Assembly (NCBI RefSeq): GCF_001194135.2
Contig: NC_068996.1
Coordinates: 56,868,960 to 56,932,959 of the forward strand
DNA: 64,000 bases
Direction: 5' to 3'
Source: Octopus bimaculoides
Lineage: Eukaryota
This document shows positions 13,063-25,830 of the stretch, in pieces. Both the position numbers and the translations under genes were made by a program. The notes beneath the pieces are model-generated. The model was given only the letters and a program-made list of their open reading frames with translations, was not told the DNA's origin and ran no database searches. Every line of letters starts with the position of its first letter. Position 1 is the stretch's first letter.

Positions 13063-13697
13063 TGGTGTACAAGAGAGACGACTGCACTGGAATGGTCAAG
13101 TCTTGCTTATGGATGAGGACAGCTGTATGAAAAAAGGTCACACCCTAACAGTGGTGGGAATCTGTGGAAGAGGTAGCCCCAGGAAGACCTGAGATGAGAT
13201 GACCTTCAAACATTGGGCCTCACGGCAGGAATGAGAAGCGACAGAGACCTTTGGTAATATGCTGCACTTGAGAAGACCCGGCAAACCAAGTGAGACTGTA
13301 ACCTTGGCCTATGGCAGTGTTACATAACCATCCCATTTAAGAGTACCCTTCAATCATTGGGCAATAATCTCTGCTTGTGAAGACCTGTTGAGTCAAGTGA
13401 AGTCATTGTCATGGCCGATGCCAGTACCGCCTGACTGGCACCCATGCTGATGGCACTTGAAAAACACCAATCAAGCATGGTTGATGCCAGTCCCACTGAA
13501 CTGGCTCCCATGCTGGTGGCACATAAAAAGCACCCACCACAGTTTCGGAATGGCTTGCATTAGGAAGAGCATCCAGCTGTAGAAACCTTGCCAGATCAGA
13601 TTGGTGCCTGGTGCAGCCTCCTTACTTGCCAGGCCTTAGTCAACCTATCCAACCCAGACCAGCATGCAAAGTGGATGTTAAACGATCATCATCATCA
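13063..13697 (+). mobile_element. RTE-clade LINE 3' end with 3' UTR and (ATC/ATG)n tail
   Basis: GVQERRLHWNGQVLLMDEDSCMKK..CGRGSPRKT..LGLTAGMRSDRDLW. The UTR ends accagcatgcaaagtggatgttaaacgatcatcat, the tail shared with SINE families B/C. Confidence 0.85.
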
Positions 13698-13868
13698 TAT
13701 ATATATATATGCATATACATATATATATATATGTATATACATACATATATATATACATACATATATATATACATATATATACATATATACATATATATAT
13801 ACATACATTCTCATCACACTAATATGTATATAAAGATATATATATATATATATATATATTCATATATT

Positions 13869-13957
<89 letters not shown>

Positions 13958-13959
<2 letters not shown>

Positions 13960-14085
13960 GGGAGAATGTACGAAATAACAACAGACGAGGACAGGTGGTG
14001 TAAATAACAAAAGGATGTATTAGTATGACGCTTGGGAATACGGAAAGTCTTTGACGTTTCGAGCTACGCTCTTCAACAGAAAGAA
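13958..14085 (-). mobile_element. Penelope-like terminal repeat fragment carrying a hammerhead motif
   Basis: Minus strand tcttt CTGTTGA a gagc gta gctc GAAA c GTC aaaga. Confidence 0.6.
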
Positions 14086-14589
14086 TATATGCTCATTTAT
14101 ATATATATATTATTCCAACCTTTCAGGTAAAATTCAGTATAATAATATCAGACAGAATTTCGTAATATATAGTATATATGTATATAACTAATTTAGAGAC
14201 GAACCACCATTCCACAGCTCAGTCAATGAAGAACCTGTCCAAAACCGTGCTGTGAGACATATACCATACAAAATACTAATCTAAAATTTTGATAATATAT
14301 AATATTGAACAGTAAGATTATTACATTTATATAATATATAAGAGCAAATACTTTTAAAATTACAACGAATACCATACAACAAAACATCCATCATAAAAAT
14401 ATTAATCTAAAAATCAAATAAAGTTTAAATTGAACAATAAAAATTAATACAATAACATAATGTATAAAAGTAAGTACTTGTACATTGACTACGCACGTTT
14501 CATAGCTGAATTAGGATTATATAAAATCATATAAGAAAACCATATCCAAGTTCATTAGAACGGAAAAATGATTTTATTCCCAAAAGCAG

Positions 14590-15530
14590 TCACTCCTCAG
14601 GTCAAATTCTTGTCTCATTAGGAAGATGGCATCTGTGGTATTCTTCCCAGGTACAAAACCAAACTGCATCTCATCTAGTTTAATTCCTAATCAATTGAAC
14701 TATAACCCTCTCAGTAACTTTCATGACTTGGTCCAGTAGTTTAATACCGCTGTGGTTGTTTCTAAGACATCACCTTTACCCTTGTAGCAGCTAACTATAA
14801 TACTGCTACACTAGTCTTTGGGGATGATGCCCTCCTGAATAACCCGATTAACTATACGAGTGATTAAGCTGTATCTTACGCCACTGGAAATTTTAATCAT
14901 CTTGGCAGTGATTCTTGATGGTCAAGGGGTTTTCCCTGTCTTCATGTCCTTAATTGCCTTATNNNNNNNNNNNNNNNNNNNNNNNNNNNNNNNNNNNNNN
15001 NNNNNNNNNNNNNNNNNNNNNNNNNNNNNNNNNNNNNNNNNNNNNNNNNNNNNNNNNNNNNNNNNNNNNNNNNNNNNNNNNNNNNNNNNNNNNNNNNNNN
15101 NNNNNNNNNNNNNNNNNNNNNNNNNNNNNNNNNNNNNNNNNNNNAGTGACACTTCCATGCATCTTTCTTCTCTGAGTCACTAAGTGCAAACATACCATTA
15201 TCCATTCACACCCATTTCTCACCCACCACATCCCTATTCTCTTTGATACACTGATTTGCAATCCTGAACACCTCATGCATCTGATCCTCATGCTGTAAAA
15301 CATTGGCAAATCTCTTACCTTCAGCTGCTCCTTTTGCTATGTATATTTAATACCTAGCTGCCCCTTTTGGCTACCTTATAGAATTCTCTGCTTCCACCAT
15401 TTTTCCAGTCTTTCCAAGCCTGTCTTTTGGCTTTTATAGCACTGCCAATCTCTTTATTCCACCACCATCTCACCCTTGGTCTACTTGGGACTCTGTGCCA
15501 ACCACAGATTTCGTCCGTAGCCCTGAGTAG
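14590..15530 (-). mobile_element. RTE LINE internal fragment (linker plus RT N-terminus), gap inside
   Basis: WWNKEIGSAIKAKRQAWKDWK.., KAIKDMKTGKTP, GIKLLDQVMK, LDEMQFGFVPGKNTTDAIFL. Confidence 0.85.
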
Positions 15531-16539
15531 AATATATATATACACACATACACATAAGAGTTCAGGGTTCAAGTGGATCAGGTACCTAAATAGAAAAGCA
15601 CCAAGTTTGGGTCAAAGAAACAGCAATTATGTTCAAAACAAAATTAGAGAAATATATACATACACACTGAAGAACAGACAGATTAATATTCCAGTTGCAT
15701 ATACGATCACTAGTGCCTGATTGAATATTGATATTAACATTGTTGTACTCAAGAAAATCTACCCACAACAGAATTGAGATCCTAAAACCAAGGCACCACA
15801 CAAAAAGCATTCGCATTGGTGCTGGTCACACATTAAATGTACCCAGTAGATTCAGTAAAGAAGTTGGCATTAGGAAGCCAATTCTGCTGTAGAAACCAGA
15901 CAATAGAACTTGGAACAGCCCCTGGTCTTGCTAGTTCTTGTCAAGTCATCCAACTGATGCCAGCATGGGGAAAATGGACAATGATACTGATGATAATGAT
16001 GATACATGTATGTATGTTACTTTGTGCATGTGCTCGCACACGTGCACATGTGTGTGTGTGTATAGTTTTTGTGTAACATTGTGTGATATATACAAATGTT
16101 TTTAACTATTTTCTAAAGTTAAAACATGCAAGTTGGAAAAAAATTAATAATAAATCTTGATTGTTAGTAATTTTACCTGATAAAAGTACTAACCATCAAG
16201 ATTTATTATTAATTTTTTTATAACTTGCATTATCTTGGCTTTAAAAAAATAATTAAAAACATTTGTATATGTCACACAATGTTACACAAAAACCAAACTG
16301 TTATATATATATGCTTATATATATATATATATATATATATGCACATACATACATACACACACATATCCACACACACATACATATATATGTATGCGTGTGT
16401 GTGTGTGTGTGTATAAATAGATATATACACGCACATATGCATGCATAGGCATTGAATGATAAAACTGCTATCACTTTATCTCACTTCTTATACAACATTA
16501 TCATCACTTAGTAATTAGTACTGGAATGTCAATAATTTG

Positions 16540-16760
16540 CAAGCTATCATGTTTTTCTGCAGAAGATAATTTCAGATTTATGAAGTGTTATCTTGTGTTC
16601 TGTTTCTATGTTAAAGTTCCATAATATTTTGCCATTGTCAATTTCTAAGATATATGGAGGTCCACATGAGATGAACAGTGATTTTTCTCATACAGGATGT
16701 AATTGCTGATGAGACATATAATGAACAGTTTTCTGGTGTTATTACTTCTCAAAAGTTGTC
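16540..16760 (-). mobile_element. Decayed RLE LINE fragment (CCHC to endonuclease)
   Basis: NGKILWNFNIETEHKITLHKSEII resembles the ILWDF.IQTD..I..NRPDI motif. Confidence 0.55.
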
Positions 16761-18059
16761 ACTTATTTTACTCTTTCCATTTCTTTTCTTTTTGTTTTTA
16801 TTTTTTGTCACCTTGTATTCAGTTTTTCTTTGTCTCAAAGTAATTGTTAGTTTGCCCCAAGATTGAAGCATTGTCTTCATCTATTGCATCAACTCTGTGT
16901 TTGGAATTGGCTCTACATATTATTATCATCGTTGTCGTTATTTTAACATCCACTTTACCATGCTTGCATAGGACAGGTGAAATTCATTGAGATATATATC
17001 CTATAGCTGGATGCCTTTCCTGTCACCGACCTCCACTTATTTCTGAGTAAGGTAATACTTTCCATGGCCAACCGTGTTTTTACAGAATATTGGAAATAAA
17101 CAACATCTCTTCTATAAATCTGTTTTGGCAGATTCTGCTAAAAGTTAAACAAGTACCCCACCCCTTGCCCTCCAGGAAATTCTTAAAAAGTCTTTTAGGA
17201 TTTTCTCTTCTTTTATACTGCTCCTAAATAAATGTTTATCTCAATTCATGTGTGATTCCTTTTGTCTCCAAATTGTGCTACCACCTCCCACACCAATCTC
17301 AATTCTAAATCTGCCCCTGAGCTGTAAAGGGTCTGTGAAACTGGAAGACTTCAATATTGTCTTTTAGTTCTTGCTCAGAACCACCAAAAGTTTCAATTAT
17401 AACTTAGATTATTTTGATTTTCCCAGTGGGCATTTGTCATTCATATTTACTTCTGTCCTTGTTAATTATGGCTTCTAATTTAGGCAGAAGGACCAGTGAT
17501 TTTGAGGGGATTGGAGGCATCATTAGTTGATACCATTAATCCCAGTACTTGATTATTACTTTATTTTATTGACCCCAACCAAGAGGGATGGAAGACAAAG
17601 TTCACCTTGTTGAGATTTTAACACAGAATACAATACATAATTAAATACCACATGGAATTTTGTCTAACAATTCTGGCACTCAGCTACTCTTTCTGTCTTC
17701 ATTTAATTATGCTTTCTGATACATTTACTTACATTACCATTTTACTGAGTTCAGATCCTATTCTAGTCGACTTTATCTAACATCCTTCCTGTGTCAGTAA
17801 ACTTAATTACCATTCAATAAATGGCAGTTGATTAAATCAATGCATTCTTTACCTGAAATTTTCAGACCAGGTGCCAATCTTTGGTAAGGCATTATATGTA
17901 TTGCAGTATTTAGCAATGTTCCATTAAAGTTTCAGTTGAAATTATACCAAAGTAAACTTTTCATTTACTTTTCCTTTAATCAATAAATAAATTTTAGTTT
18001 TTCACAAAAATGTCCTTGTTTTTGTCTGTTAGAAATCATTATTAATCTATTTTTATTGC

Positions 18060-18520
18060 AATACTGAGATGTAACTCTGAACTTTGGGTATATGCTGTTT
18101 TGTTCTGGTTTTCTGATTTTTCAAGAAGTACCCTCTCTATTATGAGCTTGGTGCCAAGCAATGCAACTTTTTTGTATGTCATGCTTATTTGCAAGTCCTG
18201 GTGTTTTAGTTATGTCTTTGTTGACATGTTTTTTTTATCCTTAAAACACCAGCATGCTAGTATTTCTGATTTTTTCTTTTAAATTTGTTTTCTTTTCAAT
18301 TCCCACATTCTGGTTATCTTTATTTCCAGATCTTTATACTTTTGTTTAAAGGCTACATTATCTTCTGTTGGGATTGATTTATCAATTAGGATGCACTTCC
18401 TTTGCTGGTGATCCTTCATAATGGCATTTGGTAGATTAGCCTTAATCCCTCTGTCAGTTTGTATAAGTACATAATACACTAAAGTCACTTTTGTCATTTT
18501 CTAAATCTTTTCTGGTACAT
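18060..18520 (-). mobile_element. R4/Dong-like LINE 3' fragment
   Basis: IQTDRGIKANLPNAIMKDHQQRKCILIDKSIPTEDNVAFKQKYKDLEIKITRMW..KKVALLGT. Confidence 0.8.
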
Positions 18521-18662
18521 GTTTATATCTTTCTTCGGTTGGTGTTTTGTATTGCTGCTGTAATTAATGGTGTTAGAAAGCACCAACCCTGGCATAACTG
18601 CAGATACATCCTTTCATAGAAATACTGAGATGGTAGAGGCACTTTGATTTTTATCATTAATC

Positions 18663-18881
18663 ATAAGATGGTGAACTGCCAGAATCGTTAGCATGTCAGG
18701 TGAAATGCTTAGAAGTATTTCACCCGTCTTAATGTTCTCAGTTCAAATTCTGCCAAGGTTGGCTTTGCCTTTCATCCTTTCAGGGTTGATAAATTAATAA
18801 GTACCAGTGAAATACTAGGGTCAATGTAATCGACTCATCCCCTCCAATAAAATGGCTGCCCTTCTGACAAAATTTGAAACC

Positions 18882-18915
<34 letters not shown>
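18663..18915 (+). mobile_element. SINE family A with (ATT)n tail; further copies ~20-230(+), 4720-4850(-), 17480-17680(-), 28317-28545(-), 28575-28790(-), 36170-36360(+), 42068-42280(+), 42870-43030(+), 43533-43755(+), 44788-44910(+), 53432-53575(-)
   Basis: aagatggtgaactgccagaatcgttagcatgtcaggtgaaatgcttag..ctcagttcaaattctgcc..ttgcctttcatcc..agtaccag..aaaatttgaaacc. Confidence 0.85.
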
Positions 18916-18919
<4 letters not shown>

Positions 18920-18921
<2 letters not shown>

Positions 18922-20520
18922 CATTAGACACAACAGGTTAAACTGTTGGAAAAGAAAAGAATCCGAACATCAGGCTACAACAAATAACCTTAGATGCCAA
19001 GAACCCTCCTAAGTATCCTAGCTGTCCCTAATAACACTGTTTACTGCAGCTGTACTAAACTGGGTTTTATGCCTATTTCCTCTATCCATCTGTTCAGATC
19101 TTTAGGGATTGTTTACAATGCACCTATAACTACTGGGATACATTTTACCCACACTTNNNNNNNNNNNNNNNNNNNNNNNNNNNNNNNNNNNNNNNNNNNN
19201 NNNNNNNNNNNNNNNNNNNNNNNNNNNNNNNNNNNNNNNNNNNNNNNNNNNNNNNNNNNNNNNNNNNNNNNNNNNNNNNNNNNNNNNNNNNNNNNNNNNN
19301 NNNNNNNNNNNNNNNNNNNNNNNNNNNNNNNNNNNNNNNNNNNNNNNNNNNNNNNNNNNNNNNNNNNNNNNNNNNNNNNNNNNNNNNNNNNNNNNNNNNN
19401 NNNNNNNNNNNNNNNNNNNNNNNNNNNNNNNNNNNNNNNNNNNNNNNNNNNNNNNNNNNNNNNNNNNNNNNNNNNNNNNNNNNNNNNNNNNNNNNNNNNN
19501 NNNNNNNNNNNNNNNNNNNNNNNNNNNNTAAACTTTCTTCACTATTACCTTCATAGGAGTCTATATCTACTCTAACTAACTCTAGGTAGTCTTCCACTGA
19601 TATTAACCCTCTTCCACCTTCCTTTCTAGGTAAGTATAATCTTGCTACTCCTGCTTTTGGGTGAAATCCTCCATCCATATCAAATTCCTTCCTAGTTCTT
19701 CTAACTAGCTTTGCTAATTCAGTTTTTGTCCAATCTACAAAAGCTGCTGAGTATCTAAGTAATGATACTTCCCAAGTATTTACAGCCTTCACTAGATTCG
19801 GACCTTTTAGCTTTGACTTAATTAGCTTCCTCGCCCTTCTAATTCATTCCTTCTCAATCTTCGTTTTCATTCCTGTCAGATTTTAATACTCTTATATACT
19901 TATAACTCTCTCCTCCTTTCAATGATTTAATGTCTGACCATCTGGTATTTGGATGCCTTCAATGTTGACTACCTGTCCTCTTCTCATCACTAATATTGCA
20001 CATTTATCTCTGCCAAATTCCATGCTTATATCTTTGATGAAGAGTCTTACAGTTTATATCAAGGAATCTATCTCTTTTTCATTCTTACCAAAAAGCTTCA
20101 GATCATCCATGTAGAGCAAATGGTTGATCCTTCCCTTACTATTTCTGAACTGATACCCTACCTTTGCCTTCCTTAACACTTAAACTGATGGGATCAAACT
20201 TAAAACAAATATAAAAGGGCCGAGTCCCCCTGGAAAATTCTTCTTTTGATACTAACTGTACCTAAGAATGTGTCACCTTAGTAGACACCTACTTTCTATT
20301 TTTTCATGCTAAAGCTAATTAATTCTCTTATGTTGTCTGCTATATTGAATATACTCAGACATTAAATTATCCATGAGTGTGGGATCATGTCAGAGGCTTT
20401 CCTGTAACCTATCCATAGATTTTTCTTTCTAGATTTCACTTCTTTTAGGACTGCTTTGTCTATGTATGATAGATCGTGTACTCCTCAGGTCTTCTTCCTG
20501 TAATAAGGGTCTTTAGAATA
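18920..20520 (-). mobile_element. R4/Dong-like LINE, RT to 3' end, decayed, with a gap
   Basis: DISMEFGRDKCA (RT), KAVNTWEVSLLRYSA..GGFHPKAGVARLYLPRKEGGRGLISVED. The 3' end abuts (AAT)n at 18885-18920. Confidence 0.85.
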
Positions 20521-20569
20521 TAGATGACAAAGACAAGAACTTACATAGATTGTGAGGTGTATCATTTAG

Positions 20570-21500
20570 TACTAGAATTTAGACTTCATGTATGTTAAGT
20601 TTTCTCCGCAATTTTTTCAAGCAAACCACTGACTGTTTTTTTTTTATGACCCCTAGTGCTCTAATCACAACTGATATTGTTTCCATCTTCAGGCGCTACA
20701 TCCTGCTTATTTCAATTTCATGGTCTTTATACTTGGCAAGTTTGTCATATTCCTGGGCAGGTGCATTTTTGTCAGACGGTTTTGACATATCTAAAAGGAA
20801 GCAAGACTTGTTCTTGGCGTCTTTAATAATAATACCTAAAGGATGGTCATACCATTACTTTCAACTATTGGTTTAGGTTGGTGTTCATACCATCTTTTCA
20901 TATGTTCAACATTGAGACATTTTGCACAATGACCAGTGAATATATTGGCCAACTCTTTTATGTCTAGCTTTATATTTGGATGGAGCCAGTTGACATCCAG
21001 ATACCATATTATCAATTGTTTCATCTGCCCGTGTGAGTCATTATGTCCCTTTGAGTGTTACTTAGTCTATTGGCATTTATGAATAGCATCATGTTTTTCC
21101 CTACAAATTTCCTCCATTCCGTTTGCTCAGTGATGTTGCTCTGAGATCTGTTCAGAGTTATGTGGAATGCTTTCTTTACTTCTTTATATTGCTCTCTCGT
21201 CCATTTTTGCTTTCCAGTTTGAGTTCTGATTAGTGGTGGATGTTCCATCTATCAATTCAGAGTTGGGGGTTTCCCCACATCTGATTACCATCTTGACTAG
21301 CATTATGAAACTTTATTCCTGGTGCCAAGTTTTTGATCCCAGCCTGGTTCCTCCTTAGGAGACACAACTTTGGGTAACCCATGTTGTATGTTTTTGAGGC
21401 CATTTGGGTGTTTTACATGAAGGTTTGAATTTTCCATTTATCTTTACTGGCAAGGGATTGTTGTACATCCACTGACTAAACAGGGTTACCTCAAGAGGCT
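20570..21500 (-). mobile_element. R4/Dong-like LINE derivative: 5' region and ORF N-terminus fused directly to the CCHC/endonuclease region
   Basis: KQKWTREQYKEVKKAF..RLSNTQRDI (N-terminus) abuts ADETIDNMVSGC..KYKARHKRVGQYIHWSLCK..WYEHQPKPIVE..KLAKYKDHEIEISRM. Confidence 0.7.
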
Positions 21501-22126
21501 CAGGCTTTAACGTTACCATTATTATCGTCTTTATATTATCAAATGATAATATCTCATTGCTAGAATGAGTTGTTGTTGTCATTAAGTAATATTTCACAGT
21601 GAGAAAGAAGTATTTTAGATATCAAATGAGAATATTTCATACCTAGAAGGAATTATTTTTATGATTCTCTCTGGTGGGAAAGTGAATATAACATGCCCCT
21701 ATTAATGAGGTACAACAGAGCGAGAGAGAAGGAGAGAGAGAAAGAGAGAGAGAAAAACAGAGGAAGCAAAAGAGAGAGAAAGAGAAATAATCAAAAGGAT
21801 GGGTGAATATGGGTTTCATAGGGCAACCTTAGTGTCTCTGGAACTATATAGTGAAGTTGTGGTAAAGGGGGTGGGAGGGCCCATTGGCTGCAATTCTACA
21901 AGGAGGCAGAAAATAGCAAAAACATCACCGAGAGAGAGAGAGAACTTGATAGAGTAGAATAAAGATATTGGGGGGGGGGGGAGAAAGAAAATTTTTAGAT
22001 ACAGCTATATCAAATAGTGTGATACAACAAAAGTAGTTTTAACTTAAGCTAAGAATGGAAATTCAAAATATGAAAGGACACCGTATGTTATTATTATTAT
22101 TGTTATTATTATTATTATTATTATTA

Positions 22127-23580
22127 TAAAAGACTCACGGATAGTCCTTAATTACTGGTTGTTCTTTACTTGAAAGCAGACAATAACAAACCAACCAAAG
22201 GTTTCAAGTAGTGCCTTCTCCTGTGACTCAAAGAGACAATACTCTCCTTAGAATGTGAGCTGTATCAACAATGCTGTCTACAGCAGCTCCAATATTCTTA
22301 ATATGTTTTCCAAAGCTCTTGGAAACTGCTCCTAATGCTCCAATTACCACCAGTATCACAATTACTTACCTCATGCCCCATAACTTAACTATCTCGTCCC
22401 GCAGTGGCTGGTATTTTTCAATCTTTTCTGTTTTCTTACATTTCACCCTTGAATCACCTGGTATTACAACATCTATTATCTTTACTTCTTTTTCCTCTTT
22501 ATGGATGGGCACGATTTCTGGTCGTCTCGCCTCTATGACTTGGTTGCACTGCGTATTAAATTCCCAGAGTATTTTGTAATGTTTGTTTTCCATTACTCCC
22601 TCTGGCTTGTGTTCATACCATTGTTCGGCTCTCTCGAGCTTTGCTTTACTGCACAACAGCCAGTGGATATATCTGGTCACATTGTGGTGTCTCCTTTTGT
22701 ATTTGCATTGTACGAGCTTACAACACTCATTAACAATATGGCTTATACTTTCTCCCTTCTCAGAGCACATCCTATACTGTGGCGAGTCACTGTTTTTATC
22801 AATGTGATATTTGGAGTAGTTTGTTCTGAGAGCTTGTTCTTGAGTGCTGCACACAAATGCCTCAGTGTGTCCTTTTAAGTCTCCTTTCTGCAGCCATTGC
22901 CAGGTTCTATTCCAATCAATCTGATCCTTATTCTTCAAGAACTGACTGTACATTTTCTTGTCTTGCCAAATTTTCTTCATCTGTTCTCTCTGGTCTTTCT
23001 TAAATTGTGTTGGATCTACAGCTTTGTTTACTTTTAAGGGTCCCTGCATTTTCACTGCTTCAATCATTTCTTCTTTACTCCTCTTGACATACCAAGCCAG
23101 GTTATTCTCTTACACAACCTTCACAACACACCAATCCCCGTCCTCCTTCTTTCCTCTTTACATACCATCTTGACACATCACTCCTTGTCCATTGTCATTA
23201 ATTTACATGTTCTCCAATCTATCTCTTGTAATTCATTCTTCTTCTCCTGCCCCATATCTCATCAAAGTAACCGCTCACGTGTTAATTACTCTAATCTTAT
23301 AGCAGCCATTTAGCTTCGATTGGAGCACAAGCTGAATTCTCCAATACTCTTTCCCCTTCATTTCTTTCATCTTGTATTCATTCAATTTATCTCTTTCAAT
23401 GATACCCAGGTACTTATATCCTTCCTCTCCGAATTCCTTTATAGTTTCACCAATTTCCAGCTCGATCCCATGGCTTTTACTGATTTTTCCCATTTTGAGA
23501 ATCATTACACCACATTTCTCGATCCCAAATTCCATGCCAATATCTTTGCTAATCATCTGCATAGTTGCCATCAAATTCTC
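22127..23580 (-). mobile_element. 5'-truncated R4/Dong-like LINE flanked by (AAT)n on both sides
   Basis: SKDIGMEFGIEKCG..YKYLGI (RT). ORF 22366-23067 has WLQKGDLK..QEQALRTNY..HYKILWEF..RRPEI..IIDVVIPGD..EKIEKYQPL (RLE). AAT tracts at 22085-22126 and 23582-23642. Confidence 0.9.
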
Positions 23581-23601
23581 GTTATTATTATTATTATTTT
23601 G

Positions 23602-23642
<41 letters not shown>

Positions 23643-23643
<1 letters not shown>

Positions 23644-24146
23644 GAGTGAGAGAGCAGTGCATGCCCTCAAAGTGACACTGGGGTAAAATATACAAAGCCC
23701 AGTATACCCATCATGACTACCCGTCTGATAAGGGTACACCAGGCACATGCATCATATGTGCATAACATGGTGATCTCATATCAAGATAAACAGGTGGGTC
23801 CCAGTTAGAATTTTCTTCAGGTTGAGTAGCCCAACCCACTAAAAGGCTCCCTGAATAAGGTTTGTTTAAGGATGTTGAGCAAAACACCCATGTTTCCAAA
23901 GGTGAATTATTCCAACCCCAAAGAATTTCTCTCAACACATGACTATGATGCTCTCCCACTACTTCTGCTCATGATCAGAGATGCACATATCATCAGCCAC
24001 CAAGGGACATGCTCAACTAGTTTGGCGGTATTGAGTAGAATATTTGCTGTAGCCCATCTTTTATAGCAAGACAAAACAATGTACATGATAACACTTCCAA
24101 TCAATTAAGATCAAAAGCCATGAGGACCACTGCCTGATGCTGCATC
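23643..24146 (-). mobile_element. ~500-bp non-coding AAT-tailed interspersed element (family D, my label), copy 1
   Basis: Colinear with 30332-31106. No TIRs or tRNA boxes seen. Both ends sit in (AAT)n. Confidence 0.75.
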
Positions 24147-24160
24147 TATTATTATTATTA

Positions 24161-24210
<50 letters not shown>

Positions 24211-24299
24211 TTTATTTTTATTTTTATCATCATTATTGCTATTATCAATTTATATATTTATTGTTTGTTTGTATAATTTGTGTAGGTGTGTTTAACTGT

Positions 24300-24860
24300 T
24301 AAAGGCTGAATGGAAACTTTTATACAGTCCTTGTGTCTATCACTGACCATTATTGGCGATGCCCGTGTCTTTCTTCTCTATATTCTTCATAACTCTAACT
24401 TAAGTTCTGAACAATTACAAAATTCCCCTTTGGCAAATTTCTGGTCTCCAGATATAGCAACGTTGATTATAAACATTTATTTGTTCTCTCTATAAATAAG
24501 CAAAATATTAGGTCTTCTGTTTTCTATGATCTCATCTATTTCCTTTATTGAAGTTACTTAAGACATTTTTTTTCTTAATTTTGTGGGGCTTGGGGAATAT
24601 GGTAAAAGAGGTGGTAGCAGCCTTCTTTCAATTAAATAATGATGTTACTTTGCAGAAGTTTTGAAATCCGTATTTGTTCAGCACAAATTCCATTGGACCT
24701 TAGAACAGACTTTGTTATGGGAATATTCATAATACATCTGAGTTAGCATCCTGCAACCAGTGTGAAGTGGGTCACATCCTTTGTCCTCTCACTAAACCAA
24801 ACATTTCAATCTCCCAGGTGGTAGATAAATTTCTTAACTTCTATTGATTGCTTCAACAAC
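24300..24860 (-). mobile_element. Highly decayed RLE LINE fragment
   Basis: HTGCRMLTQMYYEYSHNKVCSKVQWNLC and NVAISGDQK resemble the CCHC/RLE motifs. Confidence 0.55.
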
Positions 24861-25428
24861 TGTAGGGGCGCCAACTAATCTTCATTTTTCTCTCCCTTCT
24901 TCTCCCTTCTTCGTGTAACTAATTTCAGGTTTCCTTATAACTTCCTTTGTATCTTTATCATCTCTCTATTTGTTTCTCTCTGACTCTCTCTCTCTTTTTT
25001 TCTCTCTCTTCCAAAATTATTCACAAAGTGGTACTGTTTTTTTTTCCTTTTATCCCTAATTGCTCTTTTTTCTAATTATACCATACATTTAATGTTATTC
25101 TACTTTTAGGTTGAATTCTACTTTTACGTTGGTTGTGTGTGTCCTACATACCAAGAAGTAGATCTTCACTATTTGCATTAAGTTTCTTTCTTTCTCATAG
25201 TTCAGCACTTAAATTGATTAACCTGTATCCCCATTCAGAAAGATTAATAATAATAATATTAATGACAAGCAATTCTATCCCCACTTAAAAGTGGATGTTG
25301 TGTTAGAACACATAATACTGCATTATTTACTGTGAGAGACCCTCTCATATGGATTTGTGGTGCATATAAGCACTCTTATTTATATTTTTTGCAGGAGATA
25401 ATTGTCTGCCGTTGTTGCCAGTTTGCTG

Positions 25429-25487
<59 letters not shown>

Positions 25488-25489
25488 GG

Positions 25490-25830
25490 GCAATGTGGAA
25501 AGTAACTGTTATCATAGTAATTGTAGTGGCACTCAAAGCAGAGGAGATTAAATATTATCCCAGTTGTAGGACCACTTGGAGCACTAACAACCAGGTTCAA
25601 GAAATATGTTGGAGAAATTGGAATTGACATCAGGGTATAGAGCATACCCCAAAAAACAACTCTTTTGGGGACAACTAAGATTTTGAGATTGATGCTTGGA
25701 TGTTGAGTGTCTCCTATGATAAATTAACATCCAAGTACCAAAGCTTATAATTTGTGGAATGACACCCTGTGAGACCTCTGACAACAGGTTGCTGTCTCTT
25801 CTCACAGAATTGAGCAGAGCAAGTAAGACT
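25490..25830 (+). mobile_element. Short R4/Dong-like LINE 3' end after (AAT)n
   Basis: IIPVVGPLGALTTRFKKYVGEIGIDIRV..QKTTLLGTTKILR, bracketed by AAT tracts at 25430-25487 and ~25850. Confidence 0.75.

Noticed and set aside
16695-16740. Good-looking + strand acceptor (ttctcatacag|GATGTAATT..)
   Set aside because: It lies in the antisense of a decayed RLE LINE and has no convincing donor.
21440-21520. HDV-like ribozyme at the 5' end of the Dong-like LINE
   Set aside because: Expected for this clade, but I could not draw P1/P2/P3 pairings by eye. Needs a covariance-model search.
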